A stretch of 63,278 bases of DNA, filler included, from Thermodesulfobacteriota bacterium (GTDB lineage Bacteria; DASVDK01), in the NCBI GenBank assembly GCA_036381125.1. It is 5 parts of 5 records of this genome, joined end to end, with 100 filler letters (N's around TTAATTAATTAA, not from the genome) between each part and the next. Parts side by side here need not be neighbours in the genome. Positions count along the whole stretch, not along the records: positions 46,933 to 60,510 come from DASVDK010000225.1; positions 60,611 to 63,278 come from DASVDK010000230.1; 3 more parts are not named here. One strand, written 5' to 3'. The notes beneath the pieces are model-generated. The model was given only the letters and a program-made list of their open reading frames with translations, made no database searches and was not told the origin of the DNA. Positions 51,522-62,227 of this stretch are shown one piece after another (within the stretch, counting starts at the first letter, position 1; each line of letters begins with the position of its first letter). The position numbers were made by a program, and so were the translations under genes.

Positions 51522-52592
51522 TCAGGCGCCGCCGGCGCCGTCGTCGCCTTGCCTCAGCCTGGCCAGCGATTCGGCGACCCGAGCGGCCAGCGCCTCGAAG
51601 GGCGACGCCAGCTCCGGGTCGAGCGCCGCCGGGCGACCCTCGTCGCTCCCGGCCCGGATCGCCTCGACGAGCGGCAGCTCGGCGAGGAGCGGGAGGCCGT
51701 GCGCCTCGGCGGCGCGACGCGCGCCGCCCCGACCGAAGAGGTCGGCCTCGCGCCCGCAGCCGGCGCAGGTGTGATAGGCCATGTTCTCGACGAGCCCGAG
51801 GACCGGCACGCCGGCGTCCCGGAGCATCGTGTGGGCCCGGAGCGCGTCCTCGAGCGCGACGCGCTGGGGCGTCGCCACCAGGACGGCGCCGGAGAGCGGC
51901 GCCGCCTGTACCAGCGTGAGCGCGACGTCCCCGGTGCCGGGCGGCAGGTCGACCACGAGGACGTCGAGCGGCGCCCAGTCGGCCTGGAAGAGGAGCTGGT
52001 GGACGAGCTTCGTCAGGAGTGGCCCCCGCCAGACGAGGGCCGCGTCGGACGCGACGCCGAGGAGCCCCACCGAGAGCGTCTTGACGCCGTGCGCCACGAG
52101 CGGCGCGAGGCGGCCGCGCGCCATCTCGGCCTTCGCCCCCGCGGGGAGCCCGAGCATGGTGGGCACGTTGGGACCGTAGATGTCGGCGTCGAGGAGGCCG
52201 ACCGGCGCGCCCCGTCGCGCGAGCGCCACGGCCAGGTTGACCGCCACGGTCGACTTGCCGACCCCACCCTTGCCGCTCGCCACGGCGACGACGTGCCGGA
52301 CGCCGGGGATGGAGACCGGCGCGCGCCGCATCGGCCGCGCGGCCGGCTTGCCGTTGACGACGACCTCGACCTCGTCGACCCCCTCGAGGTGCTCGAGCGC
52401 CTTGTAGATCACCATGAGGAGCCTGGCCTCCTGCGCCTTGACGACCCCCTCGAAGAAGAGGTCCACGCGCAGGACCCGCCGGCCGTTCGCCTCGACCACC
52501 TCGGCGTCGCGCAGGGCGCCGAGCGCCACGAGGCTCTTGCCGAGGGGGGGTACGACCACGCGCTCGAGGCGCGTCCTGACCGCGTCGAGCAT
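51522..52592 (-). CDS. mrp: Mrp/ApbC/NBP35 Fe-S carrier ATPase
   Basis: SGKGGVGKST, DADIYGP, DLPPGTGD, ENM...CAGC. Confidence 0.93.
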   Translation of the reverse strand: MLDAVRTRLERVVVPPLGKSLVALGALRDAEVVEANGRRVLRVDLFFEGVVKAQEARLLMVIYKALEHLEGVDEVEVVVNGKPAARPMRRAPVSIPGVRHVVAVASGKGGVGKSTVAVNLAVALARRGAPVGLLDADIYGPNVPTMLGLPAGAKAEMARGRLAPLVAHGVKTLSVGLLGVASDAALVWRGPLLTKLVHQLLFQADWAPLDVLVVDLPPGTGDVALTLVQAAPLSGAVLVATPQRVALEDALRAHTMLRDAGVPVLGLVENMAYHTCAGCGREADLFGRGGARRAAEAHGLPLLAELPLVEAIRAGSDEGRPAALDPELASPFEALAARVAESLARLRQGDDGAGGA

Positions 52593-52601
52593 CGGGCGCC
52601 C

Positions 52602-53600
<999 letters not shown>

Positions 53601-53601
53601 G

Positions 53602-53982
53602 CTAGACGTCGAACGACTCGGCCGGCGCCTTCTTCTTCACCGTGAACGACTCCCCGCACCCGCAGGCGCCCGCGGCGTTCGGGTTGTCGAACTTGAACCC
53701 GCCGCTGCCGAGCATGCTCCCCTGCCAGTCGATCCGCGAGCCCTCGACGTACGGCCGGCTCTCGCGGTCGAGGAGCACCTTGACGCCGTTCGACTCGAAG
53801 AGGTCGTCGCCCGGCTGCGGCACCGGCGGCTCGAGACCCATCTGGTAGGAGAGCCCCGAGCAGCCGCCGCCGGCCACGCGCACCCGCACGGCCAGGTCGG
53901 GGTTGCCCTGCTTCGCCAGGATCTCGCGGAGCTTCGCGACCGCCCCCTCGGTGACGGTGATGGCAGGCTGTGTGTCGATCAT
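53602..53982 (-). CDS. iscA: A-type Fe-S carrier (IscA/HesB)
   Basis: GGGCSGLSY, NPNA...CGCGESF. Confidence 0.92.
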   Translation of the reverse strand: MIDTQPAITVTEGAVAKLREILAKQGNPDLAVRVRVAGGGCSGLSYQMGLEPPVPQPGDDLFESNGVKVLLDRESRPYVEGSRIDWQGSMLGSGGFKFDNPNAAGACGCGESFTVKKKAPAESFDV

Positions 53983-54005
53983 GCGCCGCCTCCTTGAGGT
54001 CTCGC

Positions 54006-54587
54006 CTAGTAGTCGATCCCGACCTGGGCCAGGATCCCCTGCTGATAGGGGTGCTTCACCTCGCGCATCTCCGTGACCAGGTCGGCCCGCTCGACGACCG
54101 CGGGGTGCGCGGCCCGTCCGGTGAGGAGCAGGTGCACCTGGGGCGGCCGCGCGTCGAGGAGGTCGAGGACCCCCTCGACCGGGATGAGGTCGCCCTTCAC
54201 GGCGTTGTTGATCTCGTCGAGGATCACGAGGTCGTACTCGCCGCCGGCGACCTTCTCCTTCGCGAAGGCGAGCGTCTCGGCCGCCGCCTTCCGGTGCTCC
54301 TCGAGCGGGAGCTTGTCGTCGACGATGCCGACGAAGCCCTTGCCGCCCGCCGTGATCTCGAAGGCCGGGGCGAGCGCCTTCACGCCGTCGAGTTCCCCGT
54401 AGTGCCACGAACCCTTGATGAACTGGATCATCAGCACCCGGAAGCCTCGCCCCACGGCGCGCACCGCCATGCCGAGCGCCGCCGTCGTCTTCCCCTTGCC
54501 GTCGCCCGTGTAGACCATGACGAGGCCACGGCGGCCCTTCTTCTTGTTGAGCCCCGGCCTGGCCCCCTTGTCGGTCTCGACGCTCAT
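54006..54587 (-). CDS. cobO: Cob(I)yrinic acid a,c-diamide adenosyltransferase
   Basis: YTGDGKGKTTAALG, QFIKG, ILDE, LTGR, ADLVTEM..VKHP. Confidence 0.94.
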   Translation of the reverse strand: MSVETDKGARPGLNKKKGRRGLVMVYTGDGKGKTTAALGMAVRAVGRGFRVLMIQFIKGSWHYGELDGVKALAPAFEITAGGKGFVGIVDDKLPLEEHRKAAAETLAFAKEKVAGGEYDLVILDEINNAVKGDLIPVEGVLDLLDARPPQVHLLLTGRAAHPAVVERADLVTEMREVKHPYQQGILAQVGIDY

Positions 54588-54841
54588 CGTCCCCTCGCGT
54601 CCCGTCGCTTCTCGATGGTGAGGATCACCTCGCCGGGCGCCTCGCCCGGCGCCTCCGCACCCCGGGGGTGCCCCAGCCGGTCGGCCCAGGCGCGCAGATC
54701 GCCTCGCACGCTGTCGGAGGCCGTCAGGACCTCGAGCCTCCCGCCCGGCGGGAGCGACCGGATCGCGCGCGCCGCGGCCATCACCGCCTGGTCGCAGAGC
54801 ATGCGGCGGGCGTCGACGCGCGCCGCCTCGGCGACGGTCAT
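54584..54841 (-). CDS. TusA-like sulfur carrier (atypical motif)
   Basis: VDARRMLCDQAV, L.PGGRLEVL, DLRAW; coupled on both sides. Confidence 0.7.
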   Translation of the reverse strand: MTVAEAARVDARRMLCDQAVMAAARAIRSLPPGGRLEVLTASDSVRGDLRAWADRLGHPRGAEAPGEAPGEVILTIEKRRDARGR

Positions 54842-55323
54842 GCCCCGGCCGGACGCGGGGCCCCGCCCGGGACCGGCCGGCCGGCGACGACCGGCAGCGG
54901 GATGCCGGCCGACGGCGGCCCCGCGACCTCCCCGACCGACACCGCGCCGAGCGCCTCGAGGAGCTGCTCCTGGATGCGCTGCCAGACGCCCCGCATGCGG
55001 CAGCGGTCGATGATCCCGCAGCAGTCGGCGGCCTCCGCCTCCCCCACGCAGCGCTGCAGGACGATCGGCCCGTCGAGCGCCTCGAGCACGTCCCGGAAGG
55101 TGATGCTCGACGCCGCCCGGCCGAGCGCGACGCCTCCCTCGGCTCCCCGCCGCGACACCAGGAGCCCCGCCCGCTGGAGCGGCTTCACGAGCTTCCTCAG
55201 GAACGGCACCGGGATGTCCTGCTCCCGCGCGATCGCCTCGATGGCGCAGAAGCGCCCCACCGGCTGGCTCGCCAGGTAGAGCATCGTCCGCAGCGCGTAG
55301 TCCTCGGCGTTCGTGATCCGCAT
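54838..55323 (-). CDS. Rrf2 family regulator (IscR-like, Cys-rich)
   Basis: EDYALR, FLRKL, RRGAEGG, C...CC...C. Confidence 0.88.
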   Translation of the reverse strand: MRITNAEDYALRTMLYLASQPVGRFCAIEAIAREQDIPVPFLRKLVKPLQRAGLLVSRRGAEGGVALGRAASSITFRDVLEALDGPIVLQRCVGEAEAADCCGIIDRCRMRGVWQRIQEQLLEALGAVSVGEVAGPPSAGIPLPVVAGRPVPGGAPRPAGA

Positions 55324-55349
55324 CGGGCCTCGACAAAGGGGCAAATGTG

Positions 55350-55373
55350 ACCCCGACAGTCTCCATTCAGGGT
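55350..55373. promoter_or_regulatory. Imperfect inverted repeat, putative Rrf2 operator
   Basis: ACCCCGA-N10-TCAGGGT upstream of the Rrf2 start. Confidence 0.35.
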
Positions 55374-55407
55374 ACAGCGCGCCCGCCGCCACGTCAATCG
55401 GACCGGC

Positions 55408-56748
55408 TCAGGCGGCGATCCCGTCGGGCGCCAGGACGTCCATGAACGCGCTCACCGAGAACACGGCTCGTCCCACGCCGGCCGGGCCGTAGCCGGGCGG
55501 CGGCTGGAGGCCGTGCTTGTCGATGGTCGCCCGGTAGGCCTCGAGGAGCCGGACGTGGTACTCCAGCGGCGCGCCGCCGGGGTTCTCCTGGCCGAGCGGC
55601 GTCGTCGGCTCCGGGCACCACGTGGTGAAGCGGGGGGTGATCCCCTTCGACATGAAGAAGTCGAGCCCCTCGGTCGTCGAGGCGATCGCCTCGTCCACCG
55701 TCGAGAACCCGTACGGTCTCGCCAGCTCGACGCCGGCGACGAAGTTGGGGATGACGTGGCGGGGGCCGAACAGCTCGGCCGCGTCGAGGATGCGGCGGAT
55801 CCACTCGTCGCGACCGACGTGCCGGTCCTTGCCGGGGCAGAGCTGCTCGAAGAGCCGCCGGTCCCAGACCTCGTAGTTCGGGTGGTAGATCTGCGCGCCG
55901 GCGTCCTTGAAGCGCCGCGCCTCGTTCACCGGCAGCGCCTGCGCCACCACCTTGCCGATCCACCGGCCGGGGAACCGCGCCTCGATGGCCTCGACGTAGC
56001 GCGCGTAGAACGGCGCCTCGGCAAGGCCGTCGACCTGCGTGAGGACGCTCCCCCCCGTCACGGTGTAGGCGCGGCTCCGGTCGGGCGCGTCGAGCGGTTC
56101 GGTCTCGGCGATGATCGAGAGCGCCTCGAGAACCTCCTCGACCGACTTGACGCCGGTGTACGGCCGGCCGACCGCGAGTTGCTGCCGGTAGTTGTGGTTG
56201 ATGTCGCAGAAGCGGCACTCGCTGTCGCGCCCGAAGTACTGGCAGAGGCGGAAGACGGTCAGGTAGACGAGGTAACCCCACTCGATGGTCGGCGCGATCT
56301 CGACGACCGACTTGCCGTTCGAGAGGTTGCGCCGGTAGTAGGCCGGCATCTCGTGGTAGTGGACGCCGGCGAGCGGCGTCCCCTCGAGCGTCAGCACCCG
56401 CCCGCCGTCGCCGTCCGTCGTCACCACGTAGGGCGAACGCGGGTTCAGCCGGACCGAGACGACGGTGCGGCGGAAGCCCCAGGGGCCCCCTTCGAGCGCG
56501 ATCTCCTCGGGCGGCCGGTGCGCCGTCTCCTCGGGCATCTCCTGGAGCGTCGAGAGGTCGAAGGAGAAGATGAAGTAGGACTTCGGCTTCTGCGTCGCCT
56601 CGTCGCGGTAGGCGCTGCGATCGAAGCGGACGCCGGTCCTGAGGAGGTCGTCCTTGACGATCGCCTCCTTCGGCAGATGCGGGAACCGGGCGACGAGGGA
56701 CTCGACGAGGGGGAGCCGGGGGCCGGTCTCCACGAGCGCGGTCGTCAC
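55408..56748 (-). CDS. Radical SAM protein with CX8CX2C motif
   Basis: CQYFGRDSECRFC, VTGG, NYEVWD, CPGK, NFVAGVE; GTG start overlaps the upstream stop. Confidence 0.85.
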   Translation of the reverse strand: MTTALVETGPRLPLVESLVARFPHLPKEAIVKDDLLRTGVRFDRSAYRDEATQKPKSYFIFSFDLSTLQEMPEETAHRPPEEIALEGGPWGFRRTVVSVRLNPRSPYVVTTDGDGGRVLTLEGTPLAGVHYHEMPAYYRRNLSNGKSVVEIAPTIEWGYLVYLTVFRLCQYFGRDSECRFCDINHNYRQQLAVGRPYTGVKSVEEVLEALSIIAETEPLDAPDRSRAYTVTGGSVLTQVDGLAEAPFYARYVEAIEARFPGRWIGKVVAQALPVNEARRFKDAGAQIYHPNYEVWDRRLFEQLCPGKDRHVGRDEWIRRILDAAELFGPRHVIPNFVAGVELARPYGFSTVDEAIASTTEGLDFFMSKGITPRFTTWCPEPTTPLGQENPGGAPLEYHVRLLEAYRATIDKHGLQPPPGYGPAGVGRAVFSVSAFMDVLAPDGIAA

Positions 56749-58841
56749 GCGGGCTCGACCTCCACGCGAACGTCGTAGAAGATGGGGCCGCCCCCCATGT
56801 CGGCCGTCCGGTCGGCCGTGACCCAGTTGGCGTTGCGTCCGCCCGGGACGAGCTTGTTCCAGTGGATGGAGGGCGCCACGACCAGCCCGGGCCGGACGCG
56901 GTCGGTCACGACGGCCCGGGCGAGGAACCAGCCGCGCTCGTTGCGCACGCGCGCCATCGCGCCGTCGGCGAGGCCGCGGGCAGCCGCGTCGTCGGGGTGG
57001 ATCTCGACCGTCGGGTCCCCGACCGCCCTGCGCAGCGACGGGATGGCCGAGAAGGAGGAGTTGAGGAAGTGGTGCGCCGGCGGCGTGAGGAGCGCGAGCG
57101 GCAGCTCCGGCGTCGGCGACGCCGCCTCGACCGGCGGGATGTAGGTCGGCACCGGGTCGAGGCCCTGCTTCGCGAGATCCGGGTTCACGAGTTGCGCCTT
57201 GCCCGACCGCGTCGGGAAGCCCCCCTCGCGGAAGGGGGCGTCGAGCCCGGGGCGCGCGAGCCGCTGCCAGCCCCGCTCCGCGAGCGTCTCGAGCGTGATC
57301 CCCTCGAAGGCCGGGTCGCCGCCCGCGAGGATGCCGGCCGCGATCGACCGGTCGTCGCAGAGGAGGTCGGGGTCGTCGAAGCCCATGGCGCGCGAGAGGC
57401 GGCGGAAGAGCTCCGTGTTCGAGACCGCCTCGCCCCGCGGCGGGATGGCCGGCTCGTTGAGGACCAGGTAGTAGTGCCCGTAGGCCCGGTGGATGTCGAA
57501 CTGCTCGAGCTGCGTCGTGGCCGGCAGCAGGTAGTCGGCGTAGTCCGCCGTGTCCGTCCGGAACTGCTCGTGGACGACGGTGAAGAGGTCCTCCCGGGCG
57601 AGCCCCTCGTGGACGAGCGCGGCGTTGGGCGCCACGGCCGCGGGGTTCGAGCCATAGACGACCAGCGCCTTGATCGGCGGGTCGAAGCGACCGTCGCGGT
57701 TCGTCAGCGCCCGGCCGATCTCGATCATGTTGATCGTGCGGGTGCCGGGCCGGACCCAGTCGGTGCGGGCGAGCCTCGCGCGGTCGATGGGGAACGCGCC
57801 TGACGTGGAGAGGAGGAGCCCCCCACCCGAGTCGCGCCAGGAGCCGGAGACCGCCGGCAGGCACGAGATGGTGCGCACCGCCATGCCGCCGCCGGCGTGA
57901 CGCTGGAGGCCGTAGTTGATGCGGATGAAGGCCGGCCGGGTGGCGGCGTAGGCGCGGGCGAGGGCGACGACCCGCTCGGCCGGGACGCCGCAGATGTCCG
58001 CCACGCGGGCCGGGTCGTACTCGCGCGCGCGCGCCTCGAGGTCGGCCGCGCCTTCCGTGTAGGCCGCCAGGTACTCGCGATCGGCCAGCCCCTCGGCGAA
58101 GAGCACGTGCATGAGGCCCAGGGCGAGCGCCGCGTCGGTGCCGGGCCTGATGGCGAGGTGCTCGTCGCAGTGCGCCGCCGTGCGGCTGCGCCAGGGGTCG
58201 ATGGCCACCAGCCGCGCCCCCTTCTCGCGGGCGTCGAGGACGACCCGCCAGAGGTGGACGTTGGACGTGATGGTGTTGGTGCCCCAGAGGATGATCAGCT
58301 TCGCCCGGACGACCGCCTCCGGGTCGGTCCCCACGCTGGCGCCGATCGTGGCGCGGATCCCCTCCCCGCCCGCCGCCGAGCAGATGGTGCGGCCGAGGAG
58401 CGAGGCGCCGAGGCGGTGGAAGAAGCGCCGCGGCAGGCTCTCCTCCTGCACCAGGCCGAGCGTTCCCGAGTAGGAGTACGGGAGGATGGCCTGCGGGCCG
58501 TACGGCCCCTCGGCGATCGCGCGGAGCCTGGCCGCGATGTCGCGCAGCGCGTCGTCCCAGGAGACCCGCTCGAAGCGCCCCTCCCCCTTCTTGCCGACCC
58601 GGCGCATCGGGTGGAGCACCCGGTCGGGGCTGTAGACGCGCTCGAGGTAGCGCGAGACCTTCGTGCAGAGGAAGCCGCGGGTGAAGGGGTGCGTCGGGTC
58701 GCCCGCGATGGCGACGGCCCGGTCGCCCTCCACGGTGACGTGCATGGCGCACGTGTCCGGGCAGTCGTGCGGGCAGGCGGCGTGCACCAGACGGCGGCTG
58801 GTCGCCACGGCCAGGTCGACGGGCGGATCCGGGGCCGGCAT
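56745..58841 (-). CDS. Molybdopterin (bis-MGD) oxidoreductase family protein
   Basis: CPHDCPDTC...LC Fe-S motif, RTICS, PGTDAALALG, ADYLLPATT, IHPDDAAARG. Confidence 0.92.
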   Translation of the reverse strand: MPAPDPPVDLAVATSRRLVHAACPHDCPDTCAMHVTVEGDRAVAIAGDPTHPFTRGFLCTKVSRYLERVYSPDRVLHPMRRVGKKGEGRFERVSWDDALRDIAARLRAIAEGPYGPQAILPYSYSGTLGLVQEESLPRRFFHRLGASLLGRTICSAAGGEGIRATIGASVGTDPEAVVRAKLIILWGTNTITSNVHLWRVVLDAREKGARLVAIDPWRSRTAAHCDEHLAIRPGTDAALALGLMHVLFAEGLADREYLAAYTEGAADLEARAREYDPARVADICGVPAERVVALARAYAATRPAFIRINYGLQRHAGGGMAVRTISCLPAVSGSWRDSGGGLLLSTSGAFPIDRARLARTDWVRPGTRTINMIEIGRALTNRDGRFDPPIKALVVYGSNPAAVAPNAALVHEGLAREDLFTVVHEQFRTDTADYADYLLPATTQLEQFDIHRAYGHYYLVLNEPAIPPRGEAVSNTELFRRLSRAMGFDDPDLLCDDRSIAAGILAGGDPAFEGITLETLAERGWQRLARPGLDAPFREGGFPTRSGKAQLVNPDLAKQGLDPVPTYIPPVEAASPTPELPLALLTPPAHHFLNSSFSAIPSLRRAVGDPTVEIHPDDAAARGLADGAMARVRNERGWFLARAVVTDRVRPGLVVAPSIHWNKLVPGGRNANWVTADRTADMGGGPIFYDVRVEVEPA

Positions 58842-59019
58842 GCGCCGCAGTGTACCGCAGGGCGCTCTCGTCGGCTCGGCCCCAAGCGGGCGGACGCCTT
58901 CGCCCGCTCCGACTCGACGCTGTCGAGCGCCCCGGCCCGTCGCAGCCGAGCTCGGGGAGTCACTTGACGGCGCTCCGGGAGCGCGTTACCAATCGCATAC
59001 GGACTGTTTTAAAGCATCA

Positions 59020-59034
59020 TTTTACGATGTGAAA
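59020..59034. promoter_or_regulatory. Putative IclR-type operator
   Basis: TTTTAC-GAT-GTGAAA imperfect palindrome in an AT-rich leader. Confidence 0.45.
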
Positions 59035-59054
59035 CGGGCCGCCTGGAGGGCGTT

Positions 59055-59966
59055 GTGAGTCGACCCCGTGACATACGCGGGATGATTCCCATCATCCCGA
59101 CCCCCTTCCTCGAAGACGGGTCCATCGACCGTGATGGGCTCGCGGCGCTCTGCGAGTTCGCCGTCGCCAAACAGGTAGCGGCGCTGTGCTTGCCGGCCTT
59201 CGCCAGCGAGTTCTACAAGCTGTCCGAGCGCGAGCGACTCGAGGTCGTCCGGCTGGCGGTGAAGGCCGTCGACGGCCGCATCCCCGTCATCGGGCAGTCG
59301 AACCACGGCTCGGCCCGGGTCGCCGCGGAGCTCGCCAGAGCCAACCAGGACGCCGGCGCGTCGGTCATCTCGGTGGCGCTCCCCCGCGCGTTCGCCTACA
59401 CGCCGGAGGACCACCTCGAGTTCGCCCGCACCGTGGGCCGGGCCGTCGAGGTGCCGCTGCTGGTGCAGGACTGGAACCCGGCCGGCCCGACGATCGATGC
59501 GGCGTTCTGCGCCCGTCTTCGCGAGGCGTGCCCCAACTTCCGGTACGTCAAGCTCGAAGAGCCGCAGATGGGCGCGAAGGTTCGAGCGATCCGGGCCGCG
59601 TGCGGCGACGAGGTCCGCGTGCTCGAGGGGTGGGGCGGCCTCTACGTGCTCGAGCTGATCCCCGCGGGGATCGGCGGGGTCATGCCGGGGCTCGCCGTGA
59701 TCGATGTCCTGCAGCGGGTGTGGGACCTCGCGACCGCCGGGCGAGCCACCGAGGCCTACGAGGTCTTCGCCGGGGTCCACCCCTGGCTCGCGTTCACGCT
59801 TCGGAGCCTCGAATCTCACAACTACCTCGAGAAGGACCTGCTCGTCCGGCGTGGCGTGCTCCGGGCCTCGTGTGTACGGCAGCCGACGATCACGGTCGAC
59901 GAGGAGAGCCGGGCGTATGCGAGCTTCCTGATGGACCGGGTGATGGAGCTGGTCGCGAAGCTGTAG
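59055..59966 (+). CDS. DapA/NanA-family aldolase/lyase (non-canonical)
   Basis: IPTPF..DG.ID, ASEFYKLS..ER, Schiff-base Lys in YVKLE. Confidence 0.85.
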   Translation: MSRPRDIRGMIPIIPTPFLEDGSIDRDGLAALCEFAVAKQVAALCLPAFASEFYKLSERERLEVVRLAVKAVDGRIPVIGQSNHGSARVAAELARANQDAGASVISVALPRAFAYTPEDHLEFARTVGRAVEVPLLVQDWNPAGPTIDAAFCARLREACPNFRYVKLEEPQMGAKVRAIRAACGDEVRVLEGWGGLYVLELIPAGIGGVMPGLAVIDVLQRVWDLATAGRATEAYEVFAGVHPWLAFTLRSLESHNYLEKDLLVRRGVLRASCVRQPTITVDEESRAYASFLMDRVMELVAKL

Positions 59967-59992
59967 GGAAGGGGCGAGGGGTAGCGTCTGAG

Positions 59993-60510
59993 ATGGGATC
60001 CGGCATCGAAACCCGCCTCGCCTCGCGCCGTCGGCGCACCGGCGAGGCGACACGAAGGACGGTCTCCAAAGCGGACGGAGGTGCGGCCTCCGGTCCGGCC
60101 CTCGCCGCGCGGTCCGCGCGATCGGGCAAAGAGGAGTCGCCACGTCGGCCTCAAGTCAAGGCACTCGACAAGGCGCTCAGGATCCTCTCGTATCTGGGCT
60201 CCGTCGGTCGCGACTCCGGCGTCCATGAGGTCGCCCGCGGGGTGGGCCTGCATCCCAGCACCGCCTATCGGCTCCTGACCGTGCTGGCTCGCCATCAGTT
60301 CGTGCAGCCGGCACCCGAGCCGGGCCGGTACGGGCTCGGCCTCCGGCTCCTCGAGCTCGGCAACAGGGTCCTCGACTCCCTCGAGGTCCGCGCCAAGGCG
60401 AGGCCCATTCTCGAAGAGTTGATGGCGAAGACGCGCGAGACCGTCTTCCTCATGATGCTCGACGGTAACGCCGGGATCTATGTGGAGCGGATCGAGAGTC
60501 CGCAGCGCAT
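59993..60510 (+). CDS. IclR family regulator, truncated
   Basis: ALDKALRIL, LHPSTAYRLL, YGLG.RLLELG, TRETV. Confidence 0.88.
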
Positions 60511-60610
60511 NNNNNNNNNNNNNNNNNNNNNNNNNNNNNNNNNNNNNNNNNNNNTTAATTAATTAANNNNNNNNNNNNNNNNNNNNNNNNNNNNNNNNNN
60601 NNNNNNNNNN
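60511..60610. other. Artificial contig linker
   Basis: N-run with TTAATTAATTAA. Confidence 0.97.
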
Positions 60611-61193
60611 GGCGCACGGCCACGCGACGGACCTCCGCCGACAGCTCGTCGATTCGCCGGGCGATGCCGAGGAGCCCCTCGCGCGGCGCCACGGCCGCGC
60701 CGGACGTCTCGGCGAGGACGAGCGGCCCGCGCCCTCCCCGCCCCGGCTCGCCCACCTCGCTCACCCGGGCGCGGAGGGCGCGCGCCTCCGCGGCGGCGGC
60801 ACGCCCGGCCGGTCCGCCGGCGTAGAAGAGGTCGAACTCGGCGCGGGGGGCGCGGGTGAGATCGGACTGCACGACGAGCCGGTCGCGGGCGCGCAGCCGG
60901 CGGCCGAGGCGCCCGGGCACCGGCAGCCGGGCGAGCCCGGCCGGATCGAGCCGCGCGGTCAGCGACAGCGTCCGGAACGGCGGCGCCGCCGCCTCGACCC
61001 GAGCCTGCAGCGTGCCCGCCGACACCCAGCGCGTCGAGGCCGCTCCGCCGAAGACCTCGACCCCGCCGGCCAGCCAGGCGCCGAGCATCCGGCGGCGCCG
61101 GGCGGTGCGCGCCCGATGCCAGAACCAGGCGACGAGGAACGCGAGGACGGCCAGGGCGGCCAGCACCGCGAGCGTACCCGACTGCCCCGTCAC
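60611..61193 (-). CDS. Hypothetical membrane-anchored protein, truncated
   Basis: N-terminal TM helix, GGAGGGAG RBS. Confidence 0.5.
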
Positions 61194-61211
61194 CCTCTCC
61201 CTCCGCGCGCG

Positions 61212-61241
61212 TTGACACTCTCGCCGCCGCGGCTCTACACT
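61212..61241 (+). promoter_or_regulatory. Sigma70 promoter for the dapA-like/pyk genes
   Basis: TTGACA-18-TACACT. Confidence 0.55.
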
Positions 61242-61309
61242 CCGCCACTTGAAGTTCCGCACGCGGGCCCTTCGCCACGGCCGCGCGAGACCGAGGCCCA
61301 GTATAGACA

Positions 61310-62209
61310 ATGGAGGAAGCCGTGCCCCTCACCGTCCGCGGCGTGATCCCCCCCGTCACGACCCCGTTCAAGGCCGACGGCAGCCTGGACTACGAGGCCC
61401 TCGGCCGGAACCTGACGAAGTGGCGCGCCACCGGCCTGGCCGGCTACCTCATCCTCGGCTCCACGGGCGAGTTCCTGACGCTCTCGGCCGACGAGCGGCG
61501 CACGATGCTCGAGGTCGCCCGGGCCCACATCCCGCGGGAGCAGCTCATGATCGCCGGCGCGGGCGCCGAGTCGACGCCGCAGGCCATCCAGTACGTCAAG
61601 GAGGCCGCGCGCGCCGGCGCCGACGCCGTCATGGTGGTGAACCCGAACTACTACAAGCCGCTCCTCACGGCCGAGGCGCTCTACCGCCACTACGTGGCGG
61701 TGGCGGAGGCGTCCGAGGTGCCGGTGTTCCTCTACAACGTCCCCCAGTTCACCGGGCACAACATGGACGCGGCGCTCGTCTCCCGCCTCGCCGCGCATCC
61801 GAACATCGTCGGCATCAAGGACTCGTCGGGCAACATCCCGCAACTGGCCGAGATCATCCGCAACGCCCCCGCCGACTTCCTGGTCTTCCCCGGGTCGGCC
61901 CAGGTGGTGCTCCCGGCGCTCGCGCTCGGCGCGGCCGGGGCCATCCTGCAGATCTCCTGCTTCGTGCCGGAGCTGTGCGTCCGGATCGTCAAGGAGTGGG
62001 ACGCGGGGGACCTCGCGGCGGCGCGCAAGACCAACAACCTCCTGCTCGCGATGCACGAGGCGATCGGCAAGTACGGCGTCCCGGCCTCGAAGGCGGCCAT
62101 GGACCTGCGGGGCTACTACGGCGGCCCCGCGCGGCCGCCGCTCCTCGCCCCCTCGCCGGAGCAGGTAGCCGGCTTCCGCGCCGCCCTCGAGGCGGCGGGA
62201 CAGCTCTGA
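61310..62209 (+). CDS. DapA-family aldolase (DHDPS/HOGA-like)
   Basis: GSTGE, LYNVP, GIKDSSG. Confidence 0.9.
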   Translation: MEEAVPLTVRGVIPPVTTPFKADGSLDYEALGRNLTKWRATGLAGYLILGSTGEFLTLSADERRTMLEVARAHIPREQLMIAGAGAESTPQAIQYVKEAARAGADAVMVVNPNYYKPLLTAEALYRHYVAVAEASEVPVFLYNVPQFTGHNMDAALVSRLAAHPNIVGIKDSSGNIPQLAEIIRNAPADFLVFPGSAQVVLPALALGAAGAILQISCFVPELCVRIVKEWDAGDLAAARKTNNLLLAMHEAIGKYGVPASKAAMDLRGYYGGPARPPLLAPSPEQVAGFRAALEAAGQL

Positions 62210-62227
62210 CGGAGGTCGTCGGCGCTC

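Noticed and set aside
55408-58752. 1114-aa ORF suggesting a giant radical SAM fusion
   Set aside because: The upstream two-thirds is an off-frame shadow of the Mo-oxidoreductase; the real start is the GTG at 56748
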